Shown: positions 1-9,226, counted from the first letter of the stretch. The stretch is DNA of 59,926 nucleotides from an uncultured Oscillospiraceae bacterium (GCA_964370155.1 CAYJIC010000001.1:1-59926), one strand, 5' to 3'. The notes: generated by a model not told the origin, from the letters alone. Program-made: numbers and translations.

Positions 1-107
1 CCTAGCATCAAAGGATTGAATAACCCATGAAAACCTGCCAGGTTCAGTACCATCAAAGCACCAACGAGAAGGGACATAATAATAGCTAATCCTAACCCAA
101 CTTCCAT
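1..107 (-). CDS. N-terminus of an unidentified membrane protein (ORF runs off the window edge)
   Basis: ATG at 107 (CAT 105-107 on + strand) preceded by AGGAG (116-120) with an 8-nt spacer. It reads MEVGLGLAIIMSLLVGALMVLNLAGFHGLFNPLML, which is hydrophobic. No stop before position 1. Confidence 0.45.
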   Translation of the reverse strand, partial: MEVGLGLAIIMSLLVGALMVLNLAGFHGLFNPLML

Positions 108-423
108 AAACACAACTCCTAACCAAAAATATTTATTCTAAATGAAAGTGATTACACTATGAAAATGAAAACACTTCCGTTTAAAATTTCTAAATGAATG
201 TTATAAAACCTAAAGCATATATTTTGACAAAAAAATAAATCAAATCAAAATAAAAATGATAAGAAAAACTAGCAATTTTGTCTTTGATTGTTTTGCGATA
301 AACTAATCATAGTGGATGTTTATATATATGTCAATAATTAAATACGAGATTTGTCTATTTTTGTTCAACATGCATCAATAAAATGTTAACTTTTTAGTAA
401 CAATTGTAATTATGTAGAATTAG

Positions 424-453
424 TTGACAATTCATGTATAATATACATGTAAT
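424..453 (+). promoter_or_regulatory. candidate sigma-A-type promoter of asnA with a palindrome in the spacer
   Basis: TTGACA (424-429), 18-nt spacer, TGTAAT (448-453), 35 nt before the asnA ATG. The spacer contains the perfect inverted repeat CATGTATA-A-TATACATG (433-449). Confidence 0.35.
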
Positions 454-488
454 GCTAATGATGAATACATAGTAATAAGGAGCAAAAA

Positions 489-1496
489 ATGAGTAAAACT
501 ATCATTCCAAAAGGGTATAAGGCGTCTCTTAGCTTGTATGATACACAAACAGCTATAGGGAAAATGAATCGTATGTTTGAAGATAAGCTATCGAAGTCAC
601 TGAACTTAAAGAGGGTATCTGCGCCACTTTTTGTGGATCCCGATAGTGGCCTTAATGATAACTTGAATGGTGTGGAAAGGCCTGTGTCTTTTTCTATTAA
701 GGATACAGGAACAAAGGGTGAAGTGGTTCACAGTCTTGCAAAATGGAAACGTATTGCATTGTATAAATATAACTTTTTTCCGGGAAATGGCATATATACA
801 AACATGAATGCGATTAGACGCGACGAAGAATTGAGCAATTTGCATTCAATTTATGTGGATCAGTGGGACTGGGAAAAAGTTCTTCCGGAAGGCCGTCGTG
901 ATGCTGAATATTTAAAAGAAACAGTGAATGATATTGTAGGAGCTATTTGTGATACATATGATGAGCTGAAAAAAGAATATGATATACAGGATATCGGTCT
1001 GAAAAGGGAAGTGCTGTTTATCACTACACAGGAATTGGAAGATAAATACCCAAACCTAACGTCTAAAGAGAGAGAAGATGCCATTTGCAAAGAGCACTCT
1101 TCTGTGTTTTTAATGCAAATAGGGGACGTTTTAAAAAGTGGTAAAAAACATGATGGTCGTGCGCCGGACTACGACGACTGGAAACTAAATGGGGATATTT
1201 TGTTTTGGAATCCGCTGTTGGAGCGTTCGTTTGAGGTGTCTTCAATGGGTATCAGGGTAGATGCACAGAGCCTAAGCGAGCAACTTGTGAAAGCAAGTTG
1301 CGAAGAGCGCAAAACCCTACCTTTTCATAAATTGCTTTTAGAAGATAAACTTCCGCTGACCATTGGCGGAGGAATAGGACAAAGCCGCTTGTGCATGCTA
1401 TTGATGAGTAAAGCACACATAGGTGAAGTGCAGTGCTCTATCTGGGACGAAGAGACAATCCGCATTTGTGAGCAAGCAGGCGTGATATTATTGTAA
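489..1496 (+). CDS. asnA: aspartate--ammonia ligase (asparagine synthetase A)
   Basis: 335 aa. The N-terminal IPKGY..LYDTQTAIGK..F and C-terminal GGGIGQSRLCMLLM motifs are typical of AsnA. SD AAGGAG at 477-482. Confidence 0.93.
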   Translation: MSKTIIPKGYKASLSLYDTQTAIGKMNRMFEDKLSKSLNLKRVSAPLFVDPDSGLNDNLNGVERPVSFSIKDTGTKGEVVHSLAKWKRIALYKYNFFPGNGIYTNMNAIRRDEELSNLHSIYVDQWDWEKVLPEGRRDAEYLKETVNDIVGAICDTYDELKKEYDIQDIGLKREVLFITTQELEDKYPNLTSKEREDAICKEHSSVFLMQIGDVLKSGKKHDGRAPDYDDWKLNGDILFWNPLLERSFEVSSMGIRVDAQSLSEQLVKASCEERKTLPFHKLLLEDKLPLTIGGGIGQSRLCMLLMSKAHIGEVQCSIWDEETIRICEQAGVILL

Positions 1497-1510
1497 ACAT
1501 ATAATAAATA

Positions 1511-1556
1511 AAAAAACCTCTTACGAACGGAAGAAGACTGTTGTAAGAGGTTTTTT
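1511..1556. terminator. bidirectional intrinsic terminator between convergent asnA and the PH-domain gene
   Basis: AAAAAACCTCTTAC (1511-1524) pairs with GTAAGAGGTTTTTT (1543-1556). A-tract on one side and T-tract on the other. Confidence 0.8.
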
Positions 1557-1590
1557 AAAGCGTTATACATTAAAATAACAAAGAGTAGAT

Positions 1591-2028
1591 TTAGTTAAGA
1601 GAGTTATCGAGGAAAGATTCATCTCCATCCAAAGCATTTCCGCCGTCTAAAAGCTCGCCTACATACATGCGACGCTCTACTTTCATTTTTTCTACTTGCT
1701 GGTGAAGAAGTTCTTTTACCTGACTGGCACGCTTGATGTTTTTTAATATAATCTGAGGTGTGGACTCATCAGAAGTGTTTAGAGTGATGCTGCCAACACG
1801 AAAAATACGTTGCCATAATGAGATAGAAGTGCTAATATCTCGTACACGATAAAGTAAAGTTTCTTCTGAGGTGGTGTTCAAAAGGCCTTTTTCCACGAAA
1901 ATCCGATCTTTTGAAATGCTGTATTTTGTGAAGGAAATCGGTAAACCAAAATAGCGCTTTCTATCTTTCCATATACGGTGAATTTCAAATTTTGATAAAG
2001 CATCGAAAGATGCATCTTCTTTTTGCAT
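1591..2028 (-). CDS. bacterial PH-domain protein (YdbS/DUF304-like)
   Basis: FGLPISFTKYSISKDRIFVEKGLLNTTSEETLLYRVRDIS..GSITLNT matches the bPH_2 pattern. Start moved to ATG 2028, which has GGAGGAACCACC just upstream; the track start at 2112 has no SD. Confidence 0.75.
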   Translation of the reverse strand: MQKEDASFDALSKFEIHRIWKDRKRYFGLPISFTKYSISKDRIFVEKGLLNTTSEETLLYRVRDISTSISLWQRIFRVGSITLNTSDESTPQIILKNIKRASQVKELLHQQVEKMKVERRMYVGELLDGGNALDGDESFLDNSLN

Positions 2029-2175
2029 GGTGGTTCCTCCTGATTTATTACAGATATATACTAAGTATGTCATTTTTTTTAAAAATAGGCAATACTTTTT
2101 TGAAAAAAGCAAAAATTATTTATTATAAAGTAAGAAGAGATACGGTGTTTTTGCGCTGTAAGCAGCTCTTTTGCA

Positions 2176-2204
2176 TTGACGAATGTGAACAACAATGATA
2201 TTCT
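2176..2204 (+). promoter_or_regulatory. candidate promoter of the CysK-like gene
   Basis: TTGACG (2176-2181), 17-nt spacer ending in TGA (extended -10), TATTCT (2199-2204). Confidence 0.35.
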
Positions 2205-2245
2205 TAACAAAAAGATGAGGTTTTGTGCAAAGGAGATTGGTGGGT

Positions 2246-3136
2246 GTGATATATAATAATGTATATAATACGTTATATGAAAGGCCGCTTGTTTCGCTCA
2301 AAGGATATATGGCGCGCAATAAGCTGGCGGGAGAATTGCTTGCTTATCTCAATTATGGTGGAGCAACACTGAGTGCTAAAGATGCATTGGCTGAAGGGAT
2401 GTTGGCTTTGGCACGAGAAAAAGGAAAGCTGCGAGCCGGACAACCAGTGGTAGAGGCATCAGGTGGCACGTTTGCGGTGGCTCTTACCATTGCGGCAGTA
2501 CACAGTGGGCACCCGGTGTATCTTGTGATGCCGGGAACTGTGATGCCTGACAGACAAAGATATTTGCAAGATTTAGGTGCGAAAGTAACGCTGACGAATT
2601 ATGTATATGGACGAAGTGGAACAATACAAAAAGCGCAGCAAATTACCGAAGAAGTAGGCGGATACTTTATCAACTATTTTTCAAATGATGATAATGCAGA
2701 GTATCATCGCAGAGTTACAGGTCCTGAGATTTTTAAAGCTGTGGGTGGAGAGATTGACGCAGTGGTGGCCGGTGTAGGTAGCGGAGGCACAATCACCGGA
2801 GTGGGAGAGTACCTGAAAGGTTGGGCCGGCAACGTATGGACCGTGGCAGTACAGCCTTTCGAAAGTCAAACTTTGACAGGAGGCTTTTCTACAAAGCATA
2901 GTATTTCGGGTATAGGGCCGGGCTTTGTGCCAGAAAACTATAATCCATATGTGGTGGATGAAGTTATTAGTGTTACGGGCGGGGATGCTGCTGCGGCTAT
3001 GCGTCAGGTGCTGGTAAGTGATGCCATTCCGGCCGGAATGTCGGCAGGAGCAGTTCTTTGTGCCGCGCGTACTTTGCTAAGGCAAAAACCAATGCGTGTG
3101 GTATGCATATTAAATGGAATGTCTGTTTATGAATAA
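2246..3136 (+). CDS. PLP-dependent cysteine synthase family protein (divergent CysK/CysM-like)
   Basis: Collinear with CysK: IYNNVYNTLYERPLVSL, LSAKD (PLP lysine region), GVGSGGTITGVGEYLK, GIGPGF, GMSAGA. Start uncertain: GTG 2246 lies 9 nt after AGGAGA (2231-2236), while the track start is GTG 2225. Confidence 0.8.
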   Translation: MIYNNVYNTLYERPLVSLKGYMARNKLAGELLAYLNYGGATLSAKDALAEGMLALAREKGKLRAGQPVVEASGGTFAVALTIAAVHSGHPVYLVMPGTVMPDRQRYLQDLGAKVTLTNYVYGRSGTIQKAQQITEEVGGYFINYFSNDDNAEYHRRVTGPEIFKAVGGEIDAVVAGVGSGGTITGVGEYLKGWAGNVWTVAVQPFESQTLTGGFSTKHSISGIGPGFVPENYNPYVVDEVISVTGGDAAAAMRQVLVSDAIPAGMSAGAVLCAARTLLRQKPMRVVCILNGMSVYE

Positions 3137-3137
3137 A

Positions 3138-3176
3138 AACAAAACCCTCACATAAGTAACTAGTGAGGGTTTTGTT
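3138..3176. terminator. bidirectional intrinsic terminator between the CysK-like gene and ppa
   Basis: AACAAAACCCTCAC (3138-3151) pairs with GTGAGGGTTTTGTT (3163-3176). Confidence 0.8.
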
Positions 3177-3204
3177 ATGTATAAAAAGTTAAAATGCTGT
3201 TGTG

Positions 3205-3738
3205 TTAACGACAAAATTTTTCAATGTAAGACTCTAAAGCAGATGTGATAGTTTCTTTTGCCACACTGGGTCCACTTCGCTCGTCCACTATAGTTTCTTT
3301 GTTTTCAAGGTTTTTATACACAGTGAAAAAATGTTGCATTTCTGTTATTACATGGCTTGGCAATTGATCGATATCTTTATATTCATTATATGTAGGATCT
3401 TCAAAAGGAACAGCAATGATTTTTTCGTCTCGGCGACCTTGGTCCATCATAGTTATCATGCCAATGGGATAGCACCGAACCAAGCTTAAAGGGTATAACG
3501 ATTGACTACATAGAACCAAAACATCCAATGGATCACCGTCGTCGGCAAAAGTGCGAGGAATAAAGCCGTAGTTAGCAGGGTAGTGGGTGGAAGTGTACAA
3601 AATTCTGTCCAGTATAATATGACCGGTTGATTTATCAAGTTCATATTTATTCTTCGAGCCTTTGCCAATCTCGATCACGGCGATGAAATCATCGGGATCG
3701 ATGCGAGAAGGATGGATATCGTGCCAAATATTTGTCAT
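3205..3738 (-). CDS. ppa: inorganic pyrophosphatase, family I
   Basis: IEIGKGSKNKYELDK..YPANYGFIPRT..DGDPLDVLVL are family I PPase motifs. ATG 3738 is preceded by GGGGGAAATC. Confidence 0.93.
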   Translation of the reverse strand: MTNIWHDIHPSRIDPDDFIAVIEIGKGSKNKYELDKSTGHIILDRILYTSTHYPANYGFIPRTFADDGDPLDVLVLCSQSLYPLSLVRCYPIGMITMMDQGRRDEKIIAVPFEDPTYNEYKDIDQLPSHVITEMQHFFTVYKNLENKETIVDERSGPSVAKETITSALESYIEKFCR

Positions 3739-3782
3739 AAGATTTCCCCCGTTTTCAAACATTAATTAAGGTGATGTATCAC

Positions 3783-4670
3783 CTAATTTTCTTTACAAGG
3801 CATACCTGTGGAATAGTCGTTGTTACCTAAAATGGTGGATAGCTTGCCATCTTCTAATGTCCCAAGCCAGTTGCCCATGGCGGCTGAAATGCAAACAGCA
3901 GCCGTTTGCTGTGCCAGCGCAACCACTTCAGAAAGAGTGAGGTTCATTGTTTCGCCTGAGAAAGGGTTTGTCCATGTGTCTGGCAGGTGTCGTAAAGAAG
4001 GTGCCGGCTGTGTACGGCATGAAAGCGGACCTACACCATCTGGCATTTTTTTAGGCTCGGACAACTTAAGATAAATGCTTTTAATTTTTGGCTTGCTGAA
4101 CATCATGTTGCGCACAGTGACATTGTCGTGGAATGCATCGGCTAAAGCTAAAATGGGGATATAAACACCATAGACTTTGGCAATGCTATTGCGCAATAAC
4201 ACACACACACTTGCAAGCTCATCCGTGATAAGCACAGGAGTGGAAGCGTGCAAAGGAACAGTATAGGTTTTGAAATTTTCATAATATAATGTGGAATCAA
4301 TGGAATTTGCTAGTATAAAAGCTCCATGTTCTTCATTATACGGTCCACCTTCTTCACACATGGCTGCAATGTAAGGTGAAAGAGTGCACTCGGTGGTGTA
4401 GTGTGAAATAAAACCAAGAGCATAGCTTTGTTGCGTGGGTGTGGAAGCATAAGATATTAACGTGCGTAAGAATTTACCGGTGTTTTCGCTACGTATTCTA
4501 TTGGCAACAGAGGCTAGGTCGTGGTTACGTTTACGCTTTAAGATGCGGTACATGTAAAATGGATTGGCACCACACGCTCCGGCCATAAAAGCAGGAGTAC
4601 TGGCTACGGTATATCCACTGCGCATTAAAGCTTGCATAGCAGTGTGGATGTGTGTATAACATTCTGACAT
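3783..4670 (-). CDS. hypothetical protein resembling the zinc-dependent phospholipase C-fold family, with altered ligand positions
   Basis: 295 aa. N-terminal CYTHIHTA, then GACGANPFYMY, GFISHYTTECTLSPYI and EEHGAFILANSID are collinear, from memory, with the TH../GPD../H..D..HPY/H..E..D blocks of that family. Confidence 0.55.
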   Translation of the reverse strand: MSECYTHIHTAMQALMRSGYTVASTPAFMAGACGANPFYMYRILKRKRNHDLASVANRIRSENTGKFLRTLISYASTPTQQSYALGFISHYTTECTLSPYIAAMCEEGGPYNEEHGAFILANSIDSTLYYENFKTYTVPLHASTPVLITDELASVCVLLRNSIAKVYGVYIPILALADAFHDNVTVRNMMFSKPKIKSIYLKLSEPKKMPDGVGPLSCRTQPAPSLRHLPDTWTNPFSGETMNLTLSEVVALAQQTAAVCISAAMGNWLGTLEDGKLSTILGNNDYSTGMPCKEN

Positions 4671-4895
4671 GAATAGTTTCCTTTCCGGAGTGAATGCAAT
4701 TCATGAGTGATATGAATAACCTTTGATTTTTTGATTGATTGTATCTTTGTGGGACAGCTACAATACCCTGCTTCGCAACTTTACGACAACTGAGTTAATT
4801 ACAAGTTTATATAAGTTGAATATAGAATATGCTTTTATATAAAAATACTTTATCATAAATTGAGGAGAAAAACAAGTAAAATTGTGTAGATTGCA

Positions 4896-4936
4896 TAAAA
4901 ATATAACCCTAAAACAAGATGCTTCAAGGATTATAT
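4896..4936 (-). terminator. possible intrinsic terminator after the 94-aa gene
   Basis: ATATAACCCT (4901-4910) pairs with AGGATTATAT (4927-4936) with one mismatch. On the minus strand it is followed by TTTTAT (4896-4900 region). Confidence 0.4.
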
Positions 4937-4961
4937 TGTTTTTGTAGTAATAAAAGTATAT

Positions 4962-5246
4962 TTAGTATAGATTTTCCATTTTTAAAGTGCAAGCAGAAAA
5001 ATCAATCCATCCTTTTTCTAAAAGATGGCCTTTAGCTTCTTCCATGTTGAAATTATCAGGCACTTGTAAAGTTAGGCGTTTGCCACCTTTATGTCGGCTG
5101 ATGTGTATCACTAGCATGGGTCCGTGTAGGCTGTCATCCATTTCATCCTTTTTATCTGTAGCCTTAAAGCCATCAGATAAAAACTTGACACTGTTAGCCA
5201 CCACCACACGGGTGCGGTTATCACGGCCGATATAACGAATACGCAT
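4962..5246 (-). CDS. hypothetical 94-aa protein
   Basis: ATG 5246 with AAGGAG (5254-5259) and a 7-nt spacer. It lies 35 nt downstream of the uvrC stop on the same strand. No recognisable motif. Confidence 0.65.
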   Translation of the reverse strand: MRIRYIGRDNRTRVVVANSVKFLSDGFKATDKKDEMDDSLHGPMLVIHISRHKGGKRLTLQVPDNFNMEEAKGHLLEKGWIDFSACTLKMENLY

Positions 5247-5281
5247 AAAGAACTCCTTTCACTTATGGAAAATGCAGTTGA

Positions 5282-7114
5282 CTATATGTTTTCATCATGA
5301 AAATGTTGATAAACGGCTTTTGCAGCGGTGCGAGTTACACCTTTAGCAGCGGATAAATCGTCTATAGAAGCGCAGGAGATGGCACGTAAAGTTTTAAAGT
5401 GGGTCATCAAAGCTTTCGCCGTGGCGGGCCCTACACCGGAAATGGTGGTTAGCGTGCTGGCAAATGCTTTTCCTTTTGCTTTTTTGCGCTGATAGCTGAT
5501 GGCAAAACGATGTGTTTCGTCTTGGATACCTGTAATAAAGGTGAATGGGCCACGATGCATTGACAGTGTGATTTCACTACCATTTTTAGCGATTATGCCT
5601 CTGGTACGATGTTTATTGTCCTTGACCATACCAAACAAAGGAACATCAGAAAGCCCGGTGTTTTGCAAGACATGTGCTCCGGCAGATACTTGGCCGCGAC
5701 CACCATCAAGTAGAATCAAATCAGGCTTAACTCCGAACTGGCCACTTGCGCCGCTATCAAACTCGGCCGCTCTGCGAAGTAAAGCCTCGGATATACTGGC
5801 ATAATCATCTGTTCCGCTAACGGTTTTCATCTGAAAACGACGATACCCGGCTTTGTGAGGCTTGCCGTTTTGGAAAACTACCATTCCACATACACTGCTG
5901 CCATCACCCCAGTTGGAGATGTCGTAACTTTCAATAACCAGTGGAGGTCCTGAAAGACAGAGCAACCCGGCAAGCTCGTCTAAAACTTTTTCTTCTTTAC
6001 GAGTGCGACCGCCTTCTCGGGCAAGTCTTTCCACGGCGTTGATGTAAGTGGTTTCAACCAGCTTGCGAACATCGCCACGTTTGGGTGTGTATATTCGCAC
6101 AGACACGCCGCTTTTTTCGCTCAACAATTGCATAAGCAGCTCTTTGTCAGGCAGTGGAACATCTGTGGCGATAACACGTGGAATATCTGAGTCATCTTCA
6201 AGGTAATATCTTGGAATAAATTCTTCGCACAGTGCATCAATAGAGTTTGTGTCGTGAAATATAAACTCTCTTTTATCACAAAGTACTCCGCCTCGGAAGC
6301 GTAAAATTGAAGCACAAGCTGCGGCGTGGCTTTTTGCAAAAGCAATAATGTCGATGTCTTGATCGCCACTTTTGATAATAACTTGCTTTTCGCCAATTTT
6401 ACGGATAGCAGCTATTTGATCCCGTAAAACAGCGGCGCGTTCGTAGTCCATTTGTTCTGAGGCTTGTGACATTTGCTGGGTTAGCAGCTTGAGCAATTCG
6501 GTGTCATTTTGGCGAATAAGAGCCATGGAATTTTGTATGGTTTGAGAGTAAACAGACAAAGGGATTTTGCCTGTACACCATGCCTTGCATTTGCCTATAT
6601 GAGAATATAGACAAGGGCGTTGCTTGCCAAAATCACGAGGGAAATTTCGTGTGCAACGAGGAAGTAAAAATGAATCAAGGACAGACTGAACCATTTGGTT
6701 GACAGCGTATCCACTCATATAAGGGCCAATGTATGTGGCACCATCATCTGTTTTTTGCTTTTCGGCCGAAATACGCGGCCATTCGTCCTTTGTCAGCTTG
6801 ATATATCGATAGCCTTTATCGTCCTTTAAAAGAATATTATACTTTGGACGATGAGCTTTGATTTGGCTACATTCCAACACTAAAGCTTCAAACTCGCTTG
6901 AAGTGACAATGATATCGAATCCATAAGCTACACTTACCATTCGATGTGTTTTGTCATCAAGAGGTGAGCCGTCTCTGAAATATTGCGAGACACGAGTGCG
7001 AAGACGTTTGGCCTTACCTATATATATAATATTATCGTTTTTGTCACGGATAATATACACGCCAGGTAAAGCGGGTAATGATTTTGCTTTTTCATATAAT
7101 TCGGCCTTGGTCAC
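5282..7114 (-). CDS. uvrC: excinuclease ABC subunit C
   Basis: 610 aa. GIY-YIG N-terminus (GVYIIRDKNDNIIYIGKAKRLRTRVSQY), UvrBC domain, C-terminal HhH (ISGVGPATAKALMTHF). Confidence 0.96.
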   Translation of the reverse strand: MTKAELYEKAKSLPALPGVYIIRDKNDNIIYIGKAKRLRTRVSQYFRDGSPLDDKTHRMVSVAYGFDIIVTSSEFEALVLECSQIKAHRPKYNILLKDDKGYRYIKLTKDEWPRISAEKQKTDDGATYIGPYMSGYAVNQMVQSVLDSFLLPRCTRNFPRDFGKQRPCLYSHIGKCKAWCTGKIPLSVYSQTIQNSMALIRQNDTELLKLLTQQMSQASEQMDYERAAVLRDQIAAIRKIGEKQVIIKSGDQDIDIIAFAKSHAAACASILRFRGGVLCDKREFIFHDTNSIDALCEEFIPRYYLEDDSDIPRVIATDVPLPDKELLMQLLSEKSGVSVRIYTPKRGDVRKLVETTYINAVERLAREGGRTRKEEKVLDELAGLLCLSGPPLVIESYDISNWGDGSSVCGMVVFQNGKPHKAGYRRFQMKTVSGTDDYASISEALLRRAAEFDSGASGQFGVKPDLILLDGGRGQVSAGAHVLQNTGLSDVPLFGMVKDNKHRTRGIIAKNGSEITLSMHRGPFTFITGIQDETHRFAISYQRKKAKGKAFASTLTTISGVGPATAKALMTHFKTLRAISCASIDDLSAAKGVTRTAAKAVYQHFHDENI

Positions 7115-7160
7115 AAGAAACTCCTTGCTAGTTTGATGTCATAACAAAACCATCATAGTC

Positions 7161-7189
7161 AAAATGCGCCACCGCAGCCGGTGACGCAT
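7161..7189 (-). terminator. possible intrinsic terminator after ptsH
   Basis: ATGCGCCACCG (7164-7174) pairs with CGGTGACGCAT (7179-7189) with one mismatch. Only a 4-T tract follows on the minus strand. Confidence 0.4.
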
Positions 7190-7218
7190 AAAGATAACAT
7201 AATAGCTAAATGATTTTG

Positions 7219-7482
7219 TTATTCAGAAAATCCGGAACTCACAAGACGTACTAAGCCATCCACAGCGTCCTGTTCATCGGCGCCATCGGCAATCACACGA
7301 ATGGTGGTACCACCTACGATGCCCAGAGAAAGCACGCCTAGCAAACTTTTTGCATTTACACGGCGCTCTTCTTTTTCAACCCAAATAGAAGACTTGAACT
7401 CATTTGCTTTTTGGATGAAAAAAGTAGCGGGACGAGCATGTAACCCCACTTGATTTTCAACGGTCACTTCTTTAACATACAT
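7219..7482 (-). CDS. ptsH: phosphocarrier protein HPr
   Basis: 87 aa. GLHARPA (His15 site) and NAKSLLGV (Ser46 site). Confidence 0.93.
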   Translation of the reverse strand: MYVKEVTVENQVGLHARPATFFIQKANEFKSSIWVEKEERRVNAKSLLGVLSLGIVGGTTIRVIADGADEQDAVDGLVRLVSSGFSE

Positions 7483-7907
7483 GTTGGTATCTCCTTTTTC
7501 CCTTGCAAGAAAAATCTCGCATAGTTGATTGTTGAATAGATCAATTGGCTGTTAAATACAGAGTAAATAACACTTAGAAAATACAAGGAGTGTACCGCAT
7601 TTATATTTACAACCTTGCCCGCTGAACTAAAACTATAGAACAATAATACTGCGAATCTATTACTTTACTTTTGCTTCGGGATTTTCAAATGTAACAATAC
7701 AATCCAATTGACAATTCATTAAACAAGCATTCCTTGTATCTAATATTTTACGTGAAATTATGTCAAAGGTCAACAAAATGTGGGAAGTTTGAATACTCCT
7801 ACAGAAAGAGTGGGAGTAGGTAGGGAATGATTGTGAAAACTACACAAGGAAAGTTAATAAAACATGGCCATTCCAAACAAAAATACACAAAACGAAGGGT
7901 AGATTTA

Positions 7908-8657
7908 TTACTTTTTCTTCTTTTTTTTGGGGAAAACAGCAGGAGGGCTGGCAATTTCAGGCGGTAAATTTAGGTATAAATCAAATCGACGCTCTCTGGT
8001 GCGTTTTATGCTTTGACCACAGCGCCAGGCATGGATGTTTGCTGCGTGCCCGGACAGCAAAACCGGCGGTACAGAGCGGTTTTTCCACAGTTCGGGGCGG
8101 GTGTACTGAGGGTATTCCAATGTGCCTTCGTAGAAGCTGTCACCCATATAGCCTTCAGGATCCTTTAAGACGCCGGGCTGTAATCGGAGTACACTATCGG
8201 CTACGGCAAGCGCGGCAATCTCGCCTCCGGACAAAACAAAGTCGCCCAAGCTGATTTCACCGTCGGCATATTCGTCGATAACGCGCTGGTCGATGCCTTC
8301 ATAATGGCCACACACAAGAACTATGCCGGATAATTCGGCCAGCTTGTTTGCTGTTTTTTGGGTATATTGCTCGCCGGCAGGGCTCATGAAAAAAATCAAG
8401 GGCCTTGGAAGGTTTGCGTCTGTATACTGCGCTAAGACTGTATCAAGGCATCTGGCGATGGGATCAGCTTGCATGACCATTCCATGGCCACCGCCGTAAG
8501 GGTAATCGTCTACTCGACCTTGCTTACTTAGAGTATAATCACGAATATTGTGGCAGTATAGCTCGAATTTTTCCAAGCGTCTTGCACGACCGATGATACT
8601 TTCGTTCATCATAGTGTCGCATGTTTCGGGAAACAACGTAAGGATGTCGATACGCAT
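7908..8657 (-). CDS. trmD: tRNA (guanine37-N1)-methyltransferase
   Basis: MRIDILTLFPE.., DDYPYGGGHGMVM, LVCGHYEGIDQRV. Ends in a Lys-rich tail. Confidence 0.95.
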   Translation of the reverse strand: MRIDILTLFPETCDTMMNESIIGRARRLEKFELYCHNIRDYTLSKQGRVDDYPYGGGHGMVMQADPIARCLDTVLAQYTDANLPRPLIFFMSPAGEQYTQKTANKLAELSGIVLVCGHYEGIDQRVIDEYADGEISLGDFVLSGGEIAALAVADSVLRLQPGVLKDPEGYMGDSFYEGTLEYPQYTRPELWKNRSVPPVLLSGHAANIHAWRCGQSIKRTRERRFDLYLNLPPEIASPPAVFPKKKKKK

Positions 8658-9226
8658 TAAGATTTGTCTCCTTCGGTAGCACGTTTTTTCTTGCGAGCCG
8701 GTTTTGGTTTTTTTGGTTCCGGATCAAACATACCCGGGATGGGGCGCACAAGAACTAGGCTGTCTTCTATTCGGGTTTCAACAAGAAAAGGCTGTGTGGC
8801 AGGAAAAAGCACTGTCTCGCCACAGGGCATAGCGATTTCGTATACATCGTGCCTTCCGGGATGAGTTATGGCGGTGATGTTGCCATACGTTACGCCGCTA
8901 TCAGCGTCTTGAATGCTAGCACCCAGCAAATCTTGTACGAAGTAAGTGTTGGGTGCCAGTTTTGCGTCTTTACGTGCAATATACACTGTTTTTCCAATGT
9001 ACACACGGGCGTTTTCTATATCGTGTACATTCTCAAGCTTTGCAATGCATAAGTTTTTATGAGGACGCAAAGAAACAATGGGTAACGGCTTTGTTCCGTT
9101 TTTATCTAAGTACAGTGTTTTGAACCCTAGTATAAAATCAATGTCGTCACACCAAGGGTATAACCTAAGCTCTCCGTTGATACCATGTGTGGTAGTAAAT
9201 TCGCCTACTTCTAAATAATCTTTCAT
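8657..9226 (-). CDS. rimM: 16S rRNA processing protein RimM
   Basis: THGINGELRLYPW and a PRC-barrel C-terminal half. The stop overlaps the trmD start by 1 nt. Confidence 0.93.
   Translation of the reverse strand: MKDYLEVGEFTTTHGINGELRLYPWCDDIDFILGFKTLYLDKNGTKPLPIVSLRPHKNLCIAKLENVHDIENARVYIGKTVYIARKDAKLAPNTYFVQDLLGASIQDADSGVTYGNITAITHPGRHDVYEIAMPCGETVLFPATQPFLVETRIEDSLVLVRPIPGMFDPEPKKPKPARKKKRATEGDKS

Noticed and set aside
110-488. Possible Asn T-box or other riboswitch upstream of asnA.
   Set aside because: I found no T-box core (GGTGGTACCGCG-like) sequence, no terminator or antiterminator pair, and the putative promoter lies only about 35 nt from the ATG.
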